Below, one piece after another: positions 30,737 to 41,338 of a stretch of 61,321 nucleotides of DNA. This stretch comes from an uncultured Bacteroidales bacterium (lineage in GTDB: Bacteria > Bacteroidota > Bacteroidia > Bacteroidales > JALTDM01). The position numbers and the translations under genes were made by a program. Location of the stretch: positions 1-61,321 of the forward strand of contig CAYQWX010000006.1 of NCBI GenBank assembly GCA_964421355.1. The letters run 5' to 3'. Positions within the stretch are counted from its first letter, which is position 1; each line of letters starts with the position of its first letter. Under the pieces are notes generated by a model. The model saw only the letters and a program-made list of their open reading frames with translations, was not told where the DNA came from and did not search any database.

Positions 30737-31861
30737 TTAAAATAACTCATTTATCAATAATTTCACATTCCGCTTATTGGAAAACTCACTTTCAAGTAAC
30801 AGTCTTCTTTTTTCAATTATTTTACTATCAAAATATAATTTGCTATACTCCTTTATCTTGTTTTTCATTTCGTGTGCATCTTGTACCACAATAGTCAATG
30901 TTTCCAATCCTGTATTCTCAACCATATCGGGTGTAACTATCACAAACCTACTTGCAAACAAAGCATTAAGAAGTTTTAATTTTATTCCTGTTGGTTGAAA
31001 AGTGGGTAATACATTTATGTGTGCATTTCCCAATAAATTATCCATTTCTTGTTGTGAAGGATTAGCTACAAGTGTTATATTTTTATATTTTTCAATCATT
31101 GCAATAATAGATTTTGGAGGAAAAGCTCCTGCAATAATCAATGGATAATCAATATCATTAAATATTTCTTTTATAAGAAATGTGACAGCTTTAATATTTT
31201 CGACAACAGACAAATTACCTGTATATAAAGCATAATTCCCTTTCCCTTCTTTAATCTTTATTTTATCGTTTGGATGAAAAGCAGGTAAGTAAAAAGTTTT
31301 ATCCGGATAATCTTTGCTTAAATAGGTAAAATCATTGTTTGATATTGCTGCTATTTTGTCTGCATACATTAAAATGTTAAAATATTTTTTCAATTTTTGG
31401 GATTCAGACAAAAAATACATCTTTTTTACAATATCCTTCTCTGCTTCAGCCAAGTGCATATAATAAATGTGCTCAATATTATGCATTCTTACTATTTTCT
31501 TTCTGTCTTTCAAACTTTTATCATTAAGAAAGAAGCATGTATGCAACCCCTCAAATAAAATAGGAGCATCTATCTGCAATAAATTAGTTAATAATTCTCC
31601 ATCATTACGCGTTTTTACAATATACGGCAAATTACCCAAAAAAGGATTGATAAATTTTTTTCTTTTGTAATAAAATACTTTTTCACAATACTTTTCAAGA
31701 ATTGGCTGAGGTTTTCTTTTTTCATATTGAAAATTATGACAGTAAAGCTTTATTCCAGCCTCTGACAAATATTTTATTTTATAAAAAACATCTATTACCC
31801 CACCATAAGTAGGAGGATATGGAATATCAAAAGAAACTATATGTAAAGCTCTTTTTATCAA
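30737..31861 (-). CDS. GT-B glycosyltransferase (family 1/4-like)
   Basis: PYPPTYGG, RMHNIE and TGIKLKLLNAL motifs. Confidence 0.85.
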   Translation of the reverse strand: MIKRALHIVSFDIPYPPTYGGVIDVFYKIKYLSEAGIKLYCHNFQYEKRKPQPILEKYCEKVFYYKRKKFINPFLGNLPYIVKTRNDGELLTNLLQIDAPILFEGLHTCFFLNDKSLKDRKKIVRMHNIEHIYYMHLAEAEKDIVKKMYFLSESQKLKKYFNILMYADKIAAISNNDFTYLSKDYPDKTFYLPAFHPNDKIKIKEGKGNYALYTGNLSVVENIKAVTFLIKEIFNDIDYPLIIAGAFPPKSIIAMIEKYKNITLVANPSQQEMDNLLGNAHINVLPTFQPTGIKLKLLNALFASRFVIVTPDMVENTGLETLTIVVQDAHEMKNKIKEYSKLYFDSKIIEKRRLLLESEFSNKRNVKLLINELF

Positions 31862-31871
31862 AAAATGAATA

Positions 31872-33260
31872 TTATTTCTGCATTCTTATAGATGTGGTAT
31901 TACCTCCCATTATAGTTACTTCTTTTCTAATGGTCATTATAGTTTCATAAACATTACGAGGTCTAAACAATATGGTATAAGTTCCCGGTTGCAATACAAA
32001 ATTTTGATTCATATTATCTTCGTCTAAATTACACACCCACTCCAAGTCTCCGCTCTTTTTATTCAGGAAAATAGCTCCATACCCGGGAGAAGGTAAATGC
32101 ACTGCTAACATACCAGGACGTGGCACTTTTATAGTTGTTGTATGACTTTGCAAAATCTCTATATCAGAAGTTATACGAGGTAATGTTAATATTTCTACTT
32201 GATATTTACCTACAATATACCTTTCTTTGCTATTAGCTTTTTGAACATTTAGAGTAGGAGCTCCTGCTTTTTTTCTTATAATTACTTGTAAATTTTTATG
32301 CATTTGCTGATCTGCTTCTATTTTTAAATACCCCTGTGGAGCATCAATTCCAACAATTTTATGTTTTCCCGGTACCAAAGTGAATGTATCGGAATAGACG
32401 GGAGGTATGGTATGAACTTTTATTTTATATAAATACATAGGACTTAATGTTAATGTATCAGGATTGCCCTTTGCATTCATTGTGTGCACAAAATTATATA
32501 ATATTTTACCAGTTTTTTTATCATAAAAAGTCATTGGCACATTAGTTTCCGTAGGATTTTCATTTATATCCAACAGATTTACTTGCATAGTAGTATTATT
32601 TAATGCCTGGGATATTACTATACCAAGCACTTCTTGAAATCGTTTTTCATTTTTGGCAGCATAATAATTACCTACACACTCAAAGGTTTTTTTAAAGTTC
32701 TCATCCAATCCTATACCTATCACAAAAGGTTTAAGTATTATACCTTCTTGCTGCAATGCCAACGAAACTTTACAAGGGTCACCATCGCAGGCTTCAATTC
32801 CATCTGTAATCAAAATTATAATGTTTCTACAATAATCGCAATCAGGAAAATCTTCTGCTGCAAGTTCAAGGGAATGAGCAATAGGAGTTGTCCCTTTGGG
32901 CTGAATATTACGAAGCACTTCCATTATTTTATCTGCATTGTTGTTGGAAAAAGGCACTTCAAGCTTTGTGTCATTACAATCTTGCGGAGGGACATAGCTC
33001 TGATGACCAAATACTCGTAAAGCAAGTTGAACATTTTTTACTTGCCTTAAACTATCTACCATCTTTATTAAAAACTTACGAGCAACATCTATCTTAGTGT
33101 GACGTTCCCATTTTCCAAGCATACTTTGAGATGCATCAAAAATAAAAAGAATACGAGTGAGAGGAGCATTGCTAACTCTTCTACTATTATATTGACCATA
33201 ACTACTCGTTGTTATAATCGTTAAAAACAAAAATATAATGGATATTACCTTATTTTTCAT
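31872..33260 (-). CDS. Exported VWA-domain protein
   Basis: Signal peptide; MIDAS motif DASQS, GTTPIA and ITDG; C-terminal beta-sandwich-like repeats. Confidence 0.88.
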   Translation of the reverse strand: MKNKVISIIFLFLTIITTSSYGQYNSRRVSNAPLTRILFIFDASQSMLGKWERHTKIDVARKFLIKMVDSLRQVKNVQLALRVFGHQSYVPPQDCNDTKLEVPFSNNNADKIMEVLRNIQPKGTTPIAHSLELAAEDFPDCDYCRNIIILITDGIEACDGDPCKVSLALQQEGIILKPFVIGIGLDENFKKTFECVGNYYAAKNEKRFQEVLGIVISQALNNTTMQVNLLDINENPTETNVPMTFYDKKTGKILYNFVHTMNAKGNPDTLTLSPMYLYKIKVHTIPPVYSDTFTLVPGKHKIVGIDAPQGYLKIEADQQMHKNLQVIIRKKAGAPTLNVQKANSKERYIVGKYQVEILTLPRITSDIEILQSHTTTIKVPRPGMLAVHLPSPGYGAIFLNKKSGDLEWVCNLDEDNMNQNFVLQPGTYTILFRPRNVYETIMTIRKEVTIMGGNTTSIRMQK

Positions 33261-33389
33261 TCTAAAATATTTTCACACAAAACTACAAATAAAAAGCTAT
33301 ATACTTATCAATAAAGTAATGTTTAATTTAATTAAAATCGCATAATAATTTTTATCACGTGAAGCCTATAAGGTAAGTCTTTTTTATCG

Positions 33390-33476
33390 CGGTGAGGGCG
33401 GGATTCGAACCCGCGTCCCGCTTTCGCGAGAACACGCTCTCCAGGCGTGCGCCTTCGACCACTCGGCCACCTCACC
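33390..33476 (-). tRNA. tRNA-Ser(GGA)
   Basis: Minus strand reads GGTGAGG TGGCCGAGTGGTCGAAGGCG CACGC CTGGAGA GCGTG TTCTCGCGAAAGCGGGA CGCGGGTTCGAATCCCGC CCTCACC G: complete cloverleaf, long variable arm, G73; CCA not encoded. Confidence 0.98.
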
Positions 33477-33536
33477 AAAAATCTAAATTTTGGGCTACAA
33501 AAATATATAATTATTATATACCTTTATTCTTCTTTG

Positions 33537-35981
33537 TTATTTTTTTTCTTTATCTTTTTTATCCTCTTCTTCAAACACAAATGGTGTTTCTACCATTTCA
33601 TTTGTAATTGCATGCTCCAGCACTTCATCTACATTATTTACATATATAAACTTTATGTCTTTTAGGTAATCTGCTTTTATTTTTTCTACATCTGCCTTAT
33701 TTTCTTTTGAAAGTATAATTTCCTTTATACCAGCTCTTTTCGCCGCAAGTATTTTTTCTTTTATTCCTCCCACTGGCAATACTTTCCCACGCAATGTAAT
33801 CTCTCCGGTCATAGCAAGAAATGGTCTCACTTTTCGCTGGGTAAATACAGAAGCCAAAGCAGTAACCATAGTTATTCCCGCAGAAGGACCATCTTTGGGT
33901 ATTGCTCCTTCCGGCACATGTAAGTGCACATTATATTGCTGAAATCTCTCAATAGGAATTCCTAATTTTTCACTTCGTGATTTTACTATTTCTAATGCTA
34001 TTGTTGCAGATTCTTTCATCACATCACCTAAATTTCCTGTAAGCGTAAGCCTTCCATTCCCCTTGCTTACACTTGTTTCTATATACAATATGCTACCTCC
34101 AAATGCGGTCCAAGCCAAACCAACGGTTACTCCGGCATAGTCATTCCCCTCATAAGATTCTGTAAAAAATTTTCTGGGACCTAAAATGTTTTTTATGTCA
34201 TTTACAGTAACTCTATTGTTAAATTTTTCACCATAAGCCATTTTTTTAGCATAGCGGCGAATAATTTTGGATAAAGTTTTATCAAGCACTCTTACTCCTG
34301 ATTCCCTTGTATAATCTTTTATTATTTTTTCTATCACTTTTCGTGAAAAAGTCAATGCGTCTCTTTCCAATCCATGTTCTTTTAATTGTTTTGGAATAAG
34401 ATGTCGTTTTGCTATTTCTACCTTTTCTTCCGTAGTATATCCTGTTACTTCTATAAGCTCCATTCTATCCAACAAAGCAGGGTGAATGGTTGATATATTA
34501 TTAGCTGTGGCTATAAATAAAACACGGGACAAATCATATTCAAGCTCAAGATAATTGTCGTAAAACGTACTATTTTGCTCAGGATCCAATACTTCCAACA
34601 ATGCAGAAGCAGGATCACCTCTAAAATCGCTACCTATTTTATCTATTTCATCAAGCACAAATACGGGATTGGAATATTTTGCTTTTTTTATATTCTGAAT
34701 GATACGTCCAGGCATAGCACCTATATAAGTACGCCTATGTCCTCTTATCTCAGCTTCGTCATGCAAACCTCCCAGCGATACCCTGACATACTTCCGTCCA
34801 AGTGATTCGGCAATAGATTTTCCCAAAGAAGTTTTACCTACCCCCGGAGGACCATATAAACACAATATAGGAGCTTTCATATCCTTTTTAAGTTTAAGTA
34901 CGGCAAGATGCTCCAATATACGTTCTTTTACTTCTTCCAACCCATAATGGTCTCTGTTTAATATATTTTCAGCATGCTTTAAATCAAGATTATCTTTTGA
35001 ATATTCATTCCAAGGCAAATCTATCAAAGTATTCAAATAATTAAGTTGCATTGAGTAATCAGGCATAGCAGGATTCATCACTCTTAATTTGCGTAGTTCT
35101 TTGTCAAAAATTTCCGCAACATTTTTAGGCCATTTTTTATTTTTTGCCCTTTTGGCAAGTTGTTCATATTCTTGCTCTATAGGATTTTCTCCTAACTCTT
35201 TTTGTATTTCTTTTATTTGCTGGTTAAGAATATATTCTTTTTGCTGACGATTGAGATCTTGTTTTACTCTTTCTTCTATTTTTTGCTTTATTTCTTCTTG
35301 CTTTATTTTCTCATACAATACGCTTAATACCTGTTCGTATCTTTTCAAAAAAGAAGTAGCACCTAATATTCCTTGTTTACGTTCCCCCGGAATATCAAGG
35401 TTTGAGGCTATAAAATTTGTAAGAAACCATAAATCTTCCATTCCTTTTATACCGTCCATAAATTCAGGCGGGAAATCAACAGATAATTTTACATATTTGG
35501 AGACAGTTTCTTTTAATGCAGCAATTCTGGGATATAACGATTTGTCTTTTTTAGGTTTCGGGTCAGGATAAAGTTCCACTATTCCTTTAAGGTAAGGTTC
35601 TGTTTGGGTAATACTCTTCAATTTTACCCGTTCTTCTCCTTCTATTATAGCAGTAAGTCCTCTTTTTGGCAATTCCGCCAATTTTACTATACGACAAACT
35701 GTCCCATATTTAAATAAATCGTTTTCTCCGGGATTTTCTATGTTTACATCTTTTTGTTCTATTGCAACAAAAGAACCACCTTTATCATAAATTTCTTTTA
35801 CAAGTTTTATTGATTTTTCTCTACCTATAGGGACAGGAATGATATTTCCAGGGAAAATGGTAAGATTTCTCAATGCCAAAATTGGAAGTTCTTTTGGGAA
35901 CCTGGACAAATTGTCATTATCATCTCTATCTATTTCTATTTTCTCAAAAAACATTTTATCATCTTTCATACTCATTTTCAA
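33537..35981 (-). CDS. lon: ATP-dependent protease La
   Basis: Lon N-domain; [19 protein letters not shown]; catalytic KDGPSAG; GGIKEK. Confidence 0.98.
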   Translation of the reverse strand: MKMSMKDDKMFFEKIEIDRDDNDNLSRFPKELPILALRNLTIFPGNIIPVPIGREKSIKLVKEIYDKGGSFVAIEQKDVNIENPGENDLFKYGTVCRIVKLAELPKRGLTAIIEGEERVKLKSITQTEPYLKGIVELYPDPKPKKDKSLYPRIAALKETVSKYVKLSVDFPPEFMDGIKGMEDLWFLTNFIASNLDIPGERKQGILGATSFLKRYEQVLSVLYEKIKQEEIKQKIEERVKQDLNRQQKEYILNQQIKEIQKELGENPIEQEYEQLAKRAKNKKWPKNVAEIFDKELRKLRVMNPAMPDYSMQLNYLNTLIDLPWNEYSKDNLDLKHAENILNRDHYGLEEVKERILEHLAVLKLKKDMKAPILCLYGPPGVGKTSLGKSIAESLGRKYVRVSLGGLHDEAEIRGHRRTYIGAMPGRIIQNIKKAKYSNPVFVLDEIDKIGSDFRGDPASALLEVLDPEQNSTFYDNYLELEYDLSRVLFIATANNISTIHPALLDRMELIEVTGYTTEEKVEIAKRHLIPKQLKEHGLERDALTFSRKVIEKIIKDYTRESGVRVLDKTLSKIIRRYAKKMAYGEKFNNRVTVNDIKNILGPRKFFTESYEGNDYAGVTVGLAWTAFGGSILYIETSVSKGNGRLTLTGNLGDVMKESATIALEIVKSRSEKLGIPIERFQQYNVHLHVPEGAIPKDGPSAGITMVTALASVFTQRKVRPFLAMTGEITLRGKVLPVGGIKEKILAAKRAGIKEIILSKENKADVEKIKADYLKDIKFIYVNNVDEVLEHAITNEMVETPFVFEEEDKKDKEKK

Positions 35982-36023
35982 TTTTTTATATTTAAAATAA
36001 ATTAATAGGGGTTAAGTTATAAG

Positions 36024-36038
36024 TCAAGTATCGTGCCG
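36024..36038 (-). promoter_or_regulatory. Sigma54-like -24/-12 element upstream of lon
   Basis: Minus strand CGGCACGATACTTGA (GGCAC-N5-TTG) in the 62-nt intergenic gap. The -12 dinucleotide is GA rather than GC. Confidence 0.5.
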
Positions 36039-36043
36039 TTTTG

Positions 36044-37234
36044 TTAAAAACTGCGATACTTTTTGGTATTTTCAAATACCGAAGATAATATTTCTGTCTC
36101 TACGTTATCTAATACTTTTTGTCGGCGTAACATTACCCTTTCCGCTACTTCTAATGCTTTGTGCAATTTATATTCTGTAAACCCCTGTGGCCCACCCCAC
36201 GAAAAAGAAGGAATAAAATTACGAGGAAAACCTGAACCAAAGATATTGGCATTCACTCCAACAACTGTTCCTGTATTAAACATTGTATTTATTCCGCATT
36301 TAGAATGGTCACCCATAGTAAGTCCACAAAATTGTAATCCTGTAGATATGAAATGCTCTTGTTTGTAATTCCACATTTTTACTTCGGCGTAGTTATTTTT
36401 CAAATTGGAATTATTCGTATCCGCACCTATATTACACCACTGTCCTAATACGGCATTGCCAAGAAAGCCATCATGAGCTTTGTTGGAATAACCCCAAATT
36501 ACAGAATTGTTTACTTCGCCTCCTACCTTGGAATATGGTCCTATTGTGGTAGGTCCGTAAATTTTAGCAGAGAGCTTAAGCACAGAATGTTCACACATAG
36601 CAAGAGAACCTCTTACTACCGTCCCCTCCATTACTTCCACATCTTTTCCTAAATAAATAAACCCTTCTTGTGCATTCAATGTTGCAAAATGGACATTAAC
36701 ACCTTCTTCTACAAATACATTTTCTTTATTTATGATATTTACTGTATTACTTAAAGTTTGTGATTTTTTACCATTGGTTATATAATAAAAGTCTTTTTCT
36801 AACACCTTACCGTTAAAATAAAAAATATCCCAAGGATATTTTATTTGCAAAAGTTCCTCATTATATTCTGCTGTTGAAATTACAGAAATATATCCCTCAA
36901 TTATTTTTACATATTTATCCGATTTAAAGGCTAATATTTCTCCTTTATAAGTCAATCCTTGACCAGTTTTCAACTTCTTTATTTCTTCATACAATTTAGC
37001 GTTGGCAATAAAAGAGGAATTTACATAAATATTATCATTATGATAATCAAAAGGATATTTTTTGGATAAATATTTTTCTGACAAAAATGATATTTTTAAT
37101 TTTTTGTCAAAGAATAACCATTTTTCCCATAACTTAACAATACCTACCCTCAAATCTCCAATAGGTCTCGTAAATGTTAAGGGCAATAAATTTAAATAAT
37201 TATCTTTAGTATCAAACAACACTATCCTACTCAT
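36044..37234 (-). CDS. GlmU-related putative sugar nucleotidyltransferase/acetyltransferase (Bacteroidota type)
   Basis: LLPLTFTRP; KVGGEV; NKAHDGFLG; TNNSNLKNNY; hexapeptide region. Confidence 0.88.
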   Translation of the reverse strand: MSRIVLFDTKDNYLNLLPLTFTRPIGDLRVGIVKLWEKWLFFDKKLKISFLSEKYLSKKYPFDYHNDNIYVNSSFIANAKLYEEIKKLKTGQGLTYKGEILAFKSDKYVKIIEGYISVISTAEYNEELLQIKYPWDIFYFNGKVLEKDFYYITNGKKSQTLSNTVNIINKENVFVEEGVNVHFATLNAQEGFIYLGKDVEVMEGTVVRGSLAMCEHSVLKLSAKIYGPTTIGPYSKVGGEVNNSVIWGYSNKAHDGFLGNAVLGQWCNIGADTNNSNLKNNYAEVKMWNYKQEHFISTGLQFCGLTMGDHSKCGINTMFNTGTVVGVNANIFGSGFPRNFIPSFSWGGPQGFTEYKLHKALEVAERVMLRRQKVLDNVETEILSSVFENTKKYRSF

Positions 37235-37254
37235 ACAAAACTACTTTTCTTATC

Positions 37255-37647
37255 TTATCTGATAATAATTGTTTCCTCTGCTACTTTATTTTTTTCAAGA
37301 ATAACAGCACCTGTTCCTTTAAGGGTATCTCCTATTATCCCCTGAGAAGTATCGGAAATTATTTTGTATGCAAATACATTATAAATTGCTTCATATTTGA
37401 ACTCAAATTCTACTTTACCATCACTGTCTGTCATCTTAAGGGCATCTCTCTCCCGCTCATAAGGTTTAATATAACCTATATTACCTTCTACATTTTGATC
37501 AGATGGTGTTGCATATACCCTAACAAATGCATCAGGCACAGGTTTGTTTGACAAATCTACCACTGTTATTTCTGCTTTAGGTGGTTTGTCTTTACAGCTT
37601 GCCAAAGCTATTACCAATATTGCAAAAACATAAAATATTTTTTTCAT
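37255..37647 (-). CDS. Small lipoprotein, prealbumin/carboxypeptidase-regulatory-like fold
   Basis: Lipobox LASC; ITVVD-x-x-x-KPVPDAFV and TDSDG motifs. Confidence 0.7.
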   Translation of the reverse strand: MKKIFYVFAILVIALASCKDKPPKAEITVVDLSNKPVPDAFVRVYATPSDQNVEGNIGYIKPYERERDALKMTDSDGKVEFEFKYEAIYNVFAYKIISDTSQGIIGDTLKGTGAVILEKNKVAEETIIIR

Positions 37648-37655
37648 AATACATA

Positions 37656-37994
37656 TTATTTAATTATAATTGTTTTTTCAAATTCTTCATTATACTTAAA
37701 CACCAAAGTACCAGTTCCTTGGTAATGATGTCCATTTATATCTTTTTCCGCTTTACAACTTAATACATATTCCTGGTCAGCTTCAAACTCTGCCTGCCCC
37801 TCACTATCAGTAGTTTTTTGCCACATTATTATAGAACCTGAGGGCTTGGAATATACTGTAACGGTAGCTCCCTCTACAGGAGTTTTGTCTTCAAGTATCA
37901 CAGTAACTATAGCACGAGGAGGTTTTGTTTTCTTACATCCCGTATTTACAAAAAAAGTAGCAATAAATAATATAGTTAAAATACGGATTTTCAT
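37656..37994 (-). CDS. Small lipoprotein, paralog of the downstream gene
   Basis: Lipobox NTGC; PVEGATV and TTDSEG. Start set at MKIRIL because a TATCTTTG promoter element lies at 38013-38020. Confidence 0.7.
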   Translation of the reverse strand: MKIRILTILFIATFFVNTGCKKTKPPRAIVTVILEDKTPVEGATVTVYSKPSGSIIMWQKTTDSEGQAEFEADQEYVLSCKAEKDINGHHYQGTGTLVFKYNEEFEKTIIIK

Positions 37995-38029
37995 ATTATT
38001 CCTTATTATTTGCAAAGATAATATTTTTT

Positions 38030-38932
38030 TTACAATGAAAAATATATTTCTGTTTTTGAAAGAGTTGTTTTCAATTTTATTTTACTTCCCAGCAAAAGAG
38101 GTAAATTTCTTTTTCCGTGTCCTATGCCACTAATAAATGCAACAGGTATTTTTAATGATTTAAGATGAGAATATATTATTTCTTTTGCATTTTTGCCAAA
38201 CGGAATACTATTATCATGCATATCAATCATATCTCCAACAATAACTCCACTCAAATTACTTAATATGCCACTTTCGGAAAAATTCATCATCATTCTATCT
38301 ATATGATACAGATATTCATCAAGGTCTTCTATAAATAAAATTTTATTGGAATAATCTTGCTCATACTTTGTTCCTCTCACACTATATAATACGGATAAAT
38401 TACCTCCTATAAGTTCTCCTTCTACCACTCCCTCCACATTTAATTTATCTCCGTCAAAAATGTAATTAGCAGGGATATTACCACTTATAAAATTAAATAA
38501 ATACTTAATACTATCTTCCGTATTTTCAGGAAAACTTAAAGGCATTGTTGCATGCAAACTCATTATACCTACCCTGTTTAACATACTATGAAACACAGTA
38601 ATATCACTATATCCAATTATCCATTTGGGATTGGATGCCAAGTCTTTGTATTCAATGTGGCTTAATGTTCGTATAGTACCGTATCCTCCTCTGGCACATA
38701 GGATTGCTTTTATATCTTTATTACGTAATGCCCATAATAAATCGTCTGCTCTTTGCTTATCTGTCCCTGCAAATTGATTTTGTGAAGCATAAAGATTTGG
38801 AGTTTCCACTACTTTATACCCCTCGCTTGCTATCCTATCTATAGCATATTGCACTTCTTTTTTTGACACTTTGCGGGCAGGTGCAACCAAAGCAATGCTA
38901 TCTCCTTGGTCCAAAAATTCAGGACATATCAT
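38030..38932 (-). CDS. LD-carboxypeptidase (peptidase S66)
   Basis: ARGGYG, IGYSDIT (catalytic Ser), GGNLS, LFIED and GHG motifs. Confidence 0.94.
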   Translation of the reverse strand: MICPEFLDQGDSIALVAPARKVSKKEVQYAIDRIASEGYKVVETPNLYASQNQFAGTDKQRADDLLWALRNKDIKAILCARGGYGTIRTLSHIEYKDLASNPKWIIGYSDITVFHSMLNRVGIMSLHATMPLSFPENTEDSIKYLFNFISGNIPANYIFDGDKLNVEGVVEGELIGGNLSVLYSVRGTKYEQDYSNKILFIEDLDEYLYHIDRMMMNFSESGILSNLSGVIVGDMIDMHDNSIPFGKNAKEIIYSHLKSLKIPVAFISGIGHGKRNLPLLLGSKIKLKTTLSKTEIYFSL

Positions 38933-38935
38933 AAG

Positions 38936-39700
38936 CTAAATATCAATGTCTAACATTATAGGACAATGGTCTGAATGAACTACATTTTCCAATATATTGG
39001 CATCTTTTACCTTTTCTACTAAATTTTCGGTCACAAAAAAGTAATCTATACGCCAACCTTTGTTTTTTTCTCTGGCTTTGAACCTGTATGTCCACCAACT
39101 ATATCTATGTGGCTCAGTATGAAACAATCTAAATGTATCTACATAACCATGTGATAAAAATTTATCTACCCAAGCCCTCTCTTCGGGTAAAAAACCTGAA
39201 TTTTTGGCATTGCCTACCGGATCGTGAATATCTATTTCTTTATGTGCAATATTTAAATCTCCTGTAATAATTAAATATGGTCTTTCTTTTTTAAGTTCTT
39301 CCAGCCAATTTAAGAAAAAATCCAACCACTCCATTTTGAAATCTTGGCGTTCTTGTCCTGATGTCCCCGATGGATGATAAACATTTATCAATGTTACTTC
39401 TCCGAAATCCGCTCTTATTACGCGTCCTTCCCTGTCATATTTAGGTTCTCCAACTCCTGTAAATACTTTATTCGGCTTACGTTTAGCAATAATACCCACT
39501 CCGCTATATCCTTTTTTCTCCGCACTATACCAATAGGTATTATATCCAAGCTGTTCAAATAATTGTTTTTCTATCTGTTCTTCTTGTGCTTTGGTCTCCT
39601 GAAAACAAACAACATCAGGATTTTCATTTTTTATCCATTCTATAAGCCCTTTTTTTATAGCAGCACGTATTCCGTTTAAGTTATATGAATAAAGTCTCAT
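38936..39700 (-). CDS. xth: Exodeoxyribonuclease III
   Basis: SYNLNGIRA, QETK, KGYSGV, GDLNIAH, GWRIDYF and SDHCP motifs. Confidence 0.96.
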   Translation of the reverse strand: MRLYSYNLNGIRAAIKKGLIEWIKNENPDVVCFQETKAQEEQIEKQLFEQLGYNTYWYSAEKKGYSGVGIIAKRKPNKVFTGVGEPKYDREGRVIRADFGEVTLINVYHPSGTSGQERQDFKMEWLDFFLNWLEELKKERPYLIITGDLNIAHKEIDIHDPVGNAKNSGFLPEERAWVDKFLSHGYVDTFRLFHTEPHRYSWWTYRFKAREKNKGWRIDYFFVTENLVEKVKDANILENVVHSDHCPIMLDIDI

Positions 39701-41322
39701 TGCTTTTTAGTTTTTTTATATTTTATTACATTTTTTATAAAATCTACAAATAAAGGATGTGGATTCAATACTGTGCTTCTATACTCGGGATGAAATTGCA
39801 CACCTATATACCATGGATGATTTTGCAGATACATTATTTCAACCAAATCGGTATCAGGATTTTTTCCTACTGCCAAAAAGCCTTTATCTTCAAAATATTT
39901 TTTGTAGTTATTATTAAATTCATAGCGATGGCGATGTCTTTCTCTTACAATTTTTTGTTTATAAACATTTGTGTATAAATATGATTTTTTATCTATTTCG
40001 CAATCATAAGCACCAAGACGCATCGTGCCTCCCTTATCTATTATATGTTTTTGCTCTTCCATAAGGTCAATAACGGGGTATTGCGTATGCATATTAAATT
40101 CCACAGAATCCGCATCTTTCATACCGAGTTCATTTCTTGCAAATTCTATCACCATACATTGCATACCTAAGCAAATACCCAAAGTAGGAATTTTATGTGT
40201 ACGCCCATAATTAGCTGCTACTATTTTTCCTTCTATCCCTCTTGGTCCAAACCCTGGAGCAATAAGTATTCCATCATATTTATCCAAAATAGAATTAGCA
40301 TTTTCATAAGTAAGATTTTCGGAATTAACATATTCCACATTTACACCACATTCATTCATTGCTCCCGCATGAGCAAAACTTTCATTTATCGATTTATACG
40401 CATCCGGCAATTGAACATATTTACCAACAAGTGCTATTTTTACTTCTTCTTTTTTGTTTTTCAACTTTTTTATAAAATCAACCCAATCGGTAAGGTCTGC
40501 ATCCGATTTTACAGGTAAGTTTAATTTGTATAACGCAACTAAATCAAGTTTTTCCTTTTTTAACAATAATGGAACTTCGTATATAGTGCTGGCATCTATT
40601 GCTTCTATTACCGCTTCTCTATTCACATTACAGAACAAAGCCACTTTATTTTTTATTTCTGTATTGAGAGGCTTTTCCGTTCTTAAAACAATTATTTCGG
40701 GTTGAACACCAAGCTTTAACAGTTCTTTCACAGAGTGTTGTGTTGGCTTGGTTTTCAGCTCTTTAGAAGTAGATAAATATGGAACCAGTGTAAGATGTAC
40801 AACTATTACATTTCCTTGCCCAAGCTCCCATTTCATTTGTCTTACAGCTTCCACATAAGGTAATGATTCTATATCTCCAACCGTACCTCCTATTTCTACT
40901 ATTACAATTTCATATTTATATTTTGCTCCCAATACTCTTATACGTCTCTTTATTTCATCGGTAATATGTGGAATTATTTGCACTGTTTTACCAAGGTAGT
41001 CTCCCTTTCTTTCTTTTTCTATTACTGTTTTATAAACTTTTCCTGTAGTTACATTGTTATCTTTTGATGTGGTAATATTCAAAAACCGTTCATAATGCCC
41101 AAGATCCAAATCGGTTTCAGCACCATCATCAGTTACATAACATTCGCCATGTTCATAAGGATTAAGTGTACCAGGATCCACATTCAAATACGGATCCAAT
41201 TTTTGTATAGTTACAGAATAGCCTCTTGCTTGTAATAATTTGGCAAGAGAAGCCGAAACTATACCTTTTCCTAAAGAGGAAGTAACACCTCCCGTAACAA
41301 AAATAAATTTGGTCTGCACCAT
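39697..41322 (-). CDS. pyrG: CTP synthase
   Basis: VTGGVTSSLGKG, KTKPTQHSV, GICLGMQ, ERHRHRYE and QFHPE motifs. Confidence 0.98.
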   Translation of the reverse strand: MVQTKFIFVTGGVTSSLGKGIVSASLAKLLQARGYSVTIQKLDPYLNVDPGTLNPYEHGECYVTDDGAETDLDLGHYERFLNITTSKDNNVTTGKVYKTVIEKERKGDYLGKTVQIIPHITDEIKRRIRVLGAKYKYEIVIVEIGGTVGDIESLPYVEAVRQMKWELGQGNVIVVHLTLVPYLSTSKELKTKPTQHSVKELLKLGVQPEIIVLRTEKPLNTEIKNKVALFCNVNREAVIEAIDASTIYEVPLLLKKEKLDLVALYKLNLPVKSDADLTDWVDFIKKLKNKKEEVKIALVGKYVQLPDAYKSINESFAHAGAMNECGVNVEYVNSENLTYENANSILDKYDGILIAPGFGPRGIEGKIVAANYGRTHKIPTLGICLGMQCMVIEFARNELGMKDADSVEFNMHTQYPVIDLMEEQKHIIDKGGTMRLGAYDCEIDKKSYLYTNVYKQKIVRERHRHRYEFNNNYKKYFEDKGFLAVGKNPDTDLVEIMYLQNHPWYIGVQFHPEYRSTVLNPHPLFVDFIKNVIKYKKTKKQ

Positions 41323-41338
41323 GACTTATTGTATTATA

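Noticed and set aside
33261..33536. Genomic island integrated at tRNA-Ser
   Set aside because: There is no integrase nearby and I found no exact duplication of the tRNA 3' end in the window. The flanking genes look like resident chromosomal genes.
33392..33665. Short plus-strand ORFs (71 and 72 aa)
   Set aside because: They are antisense shadows of tRNA-Ser and the 3' end of lon.
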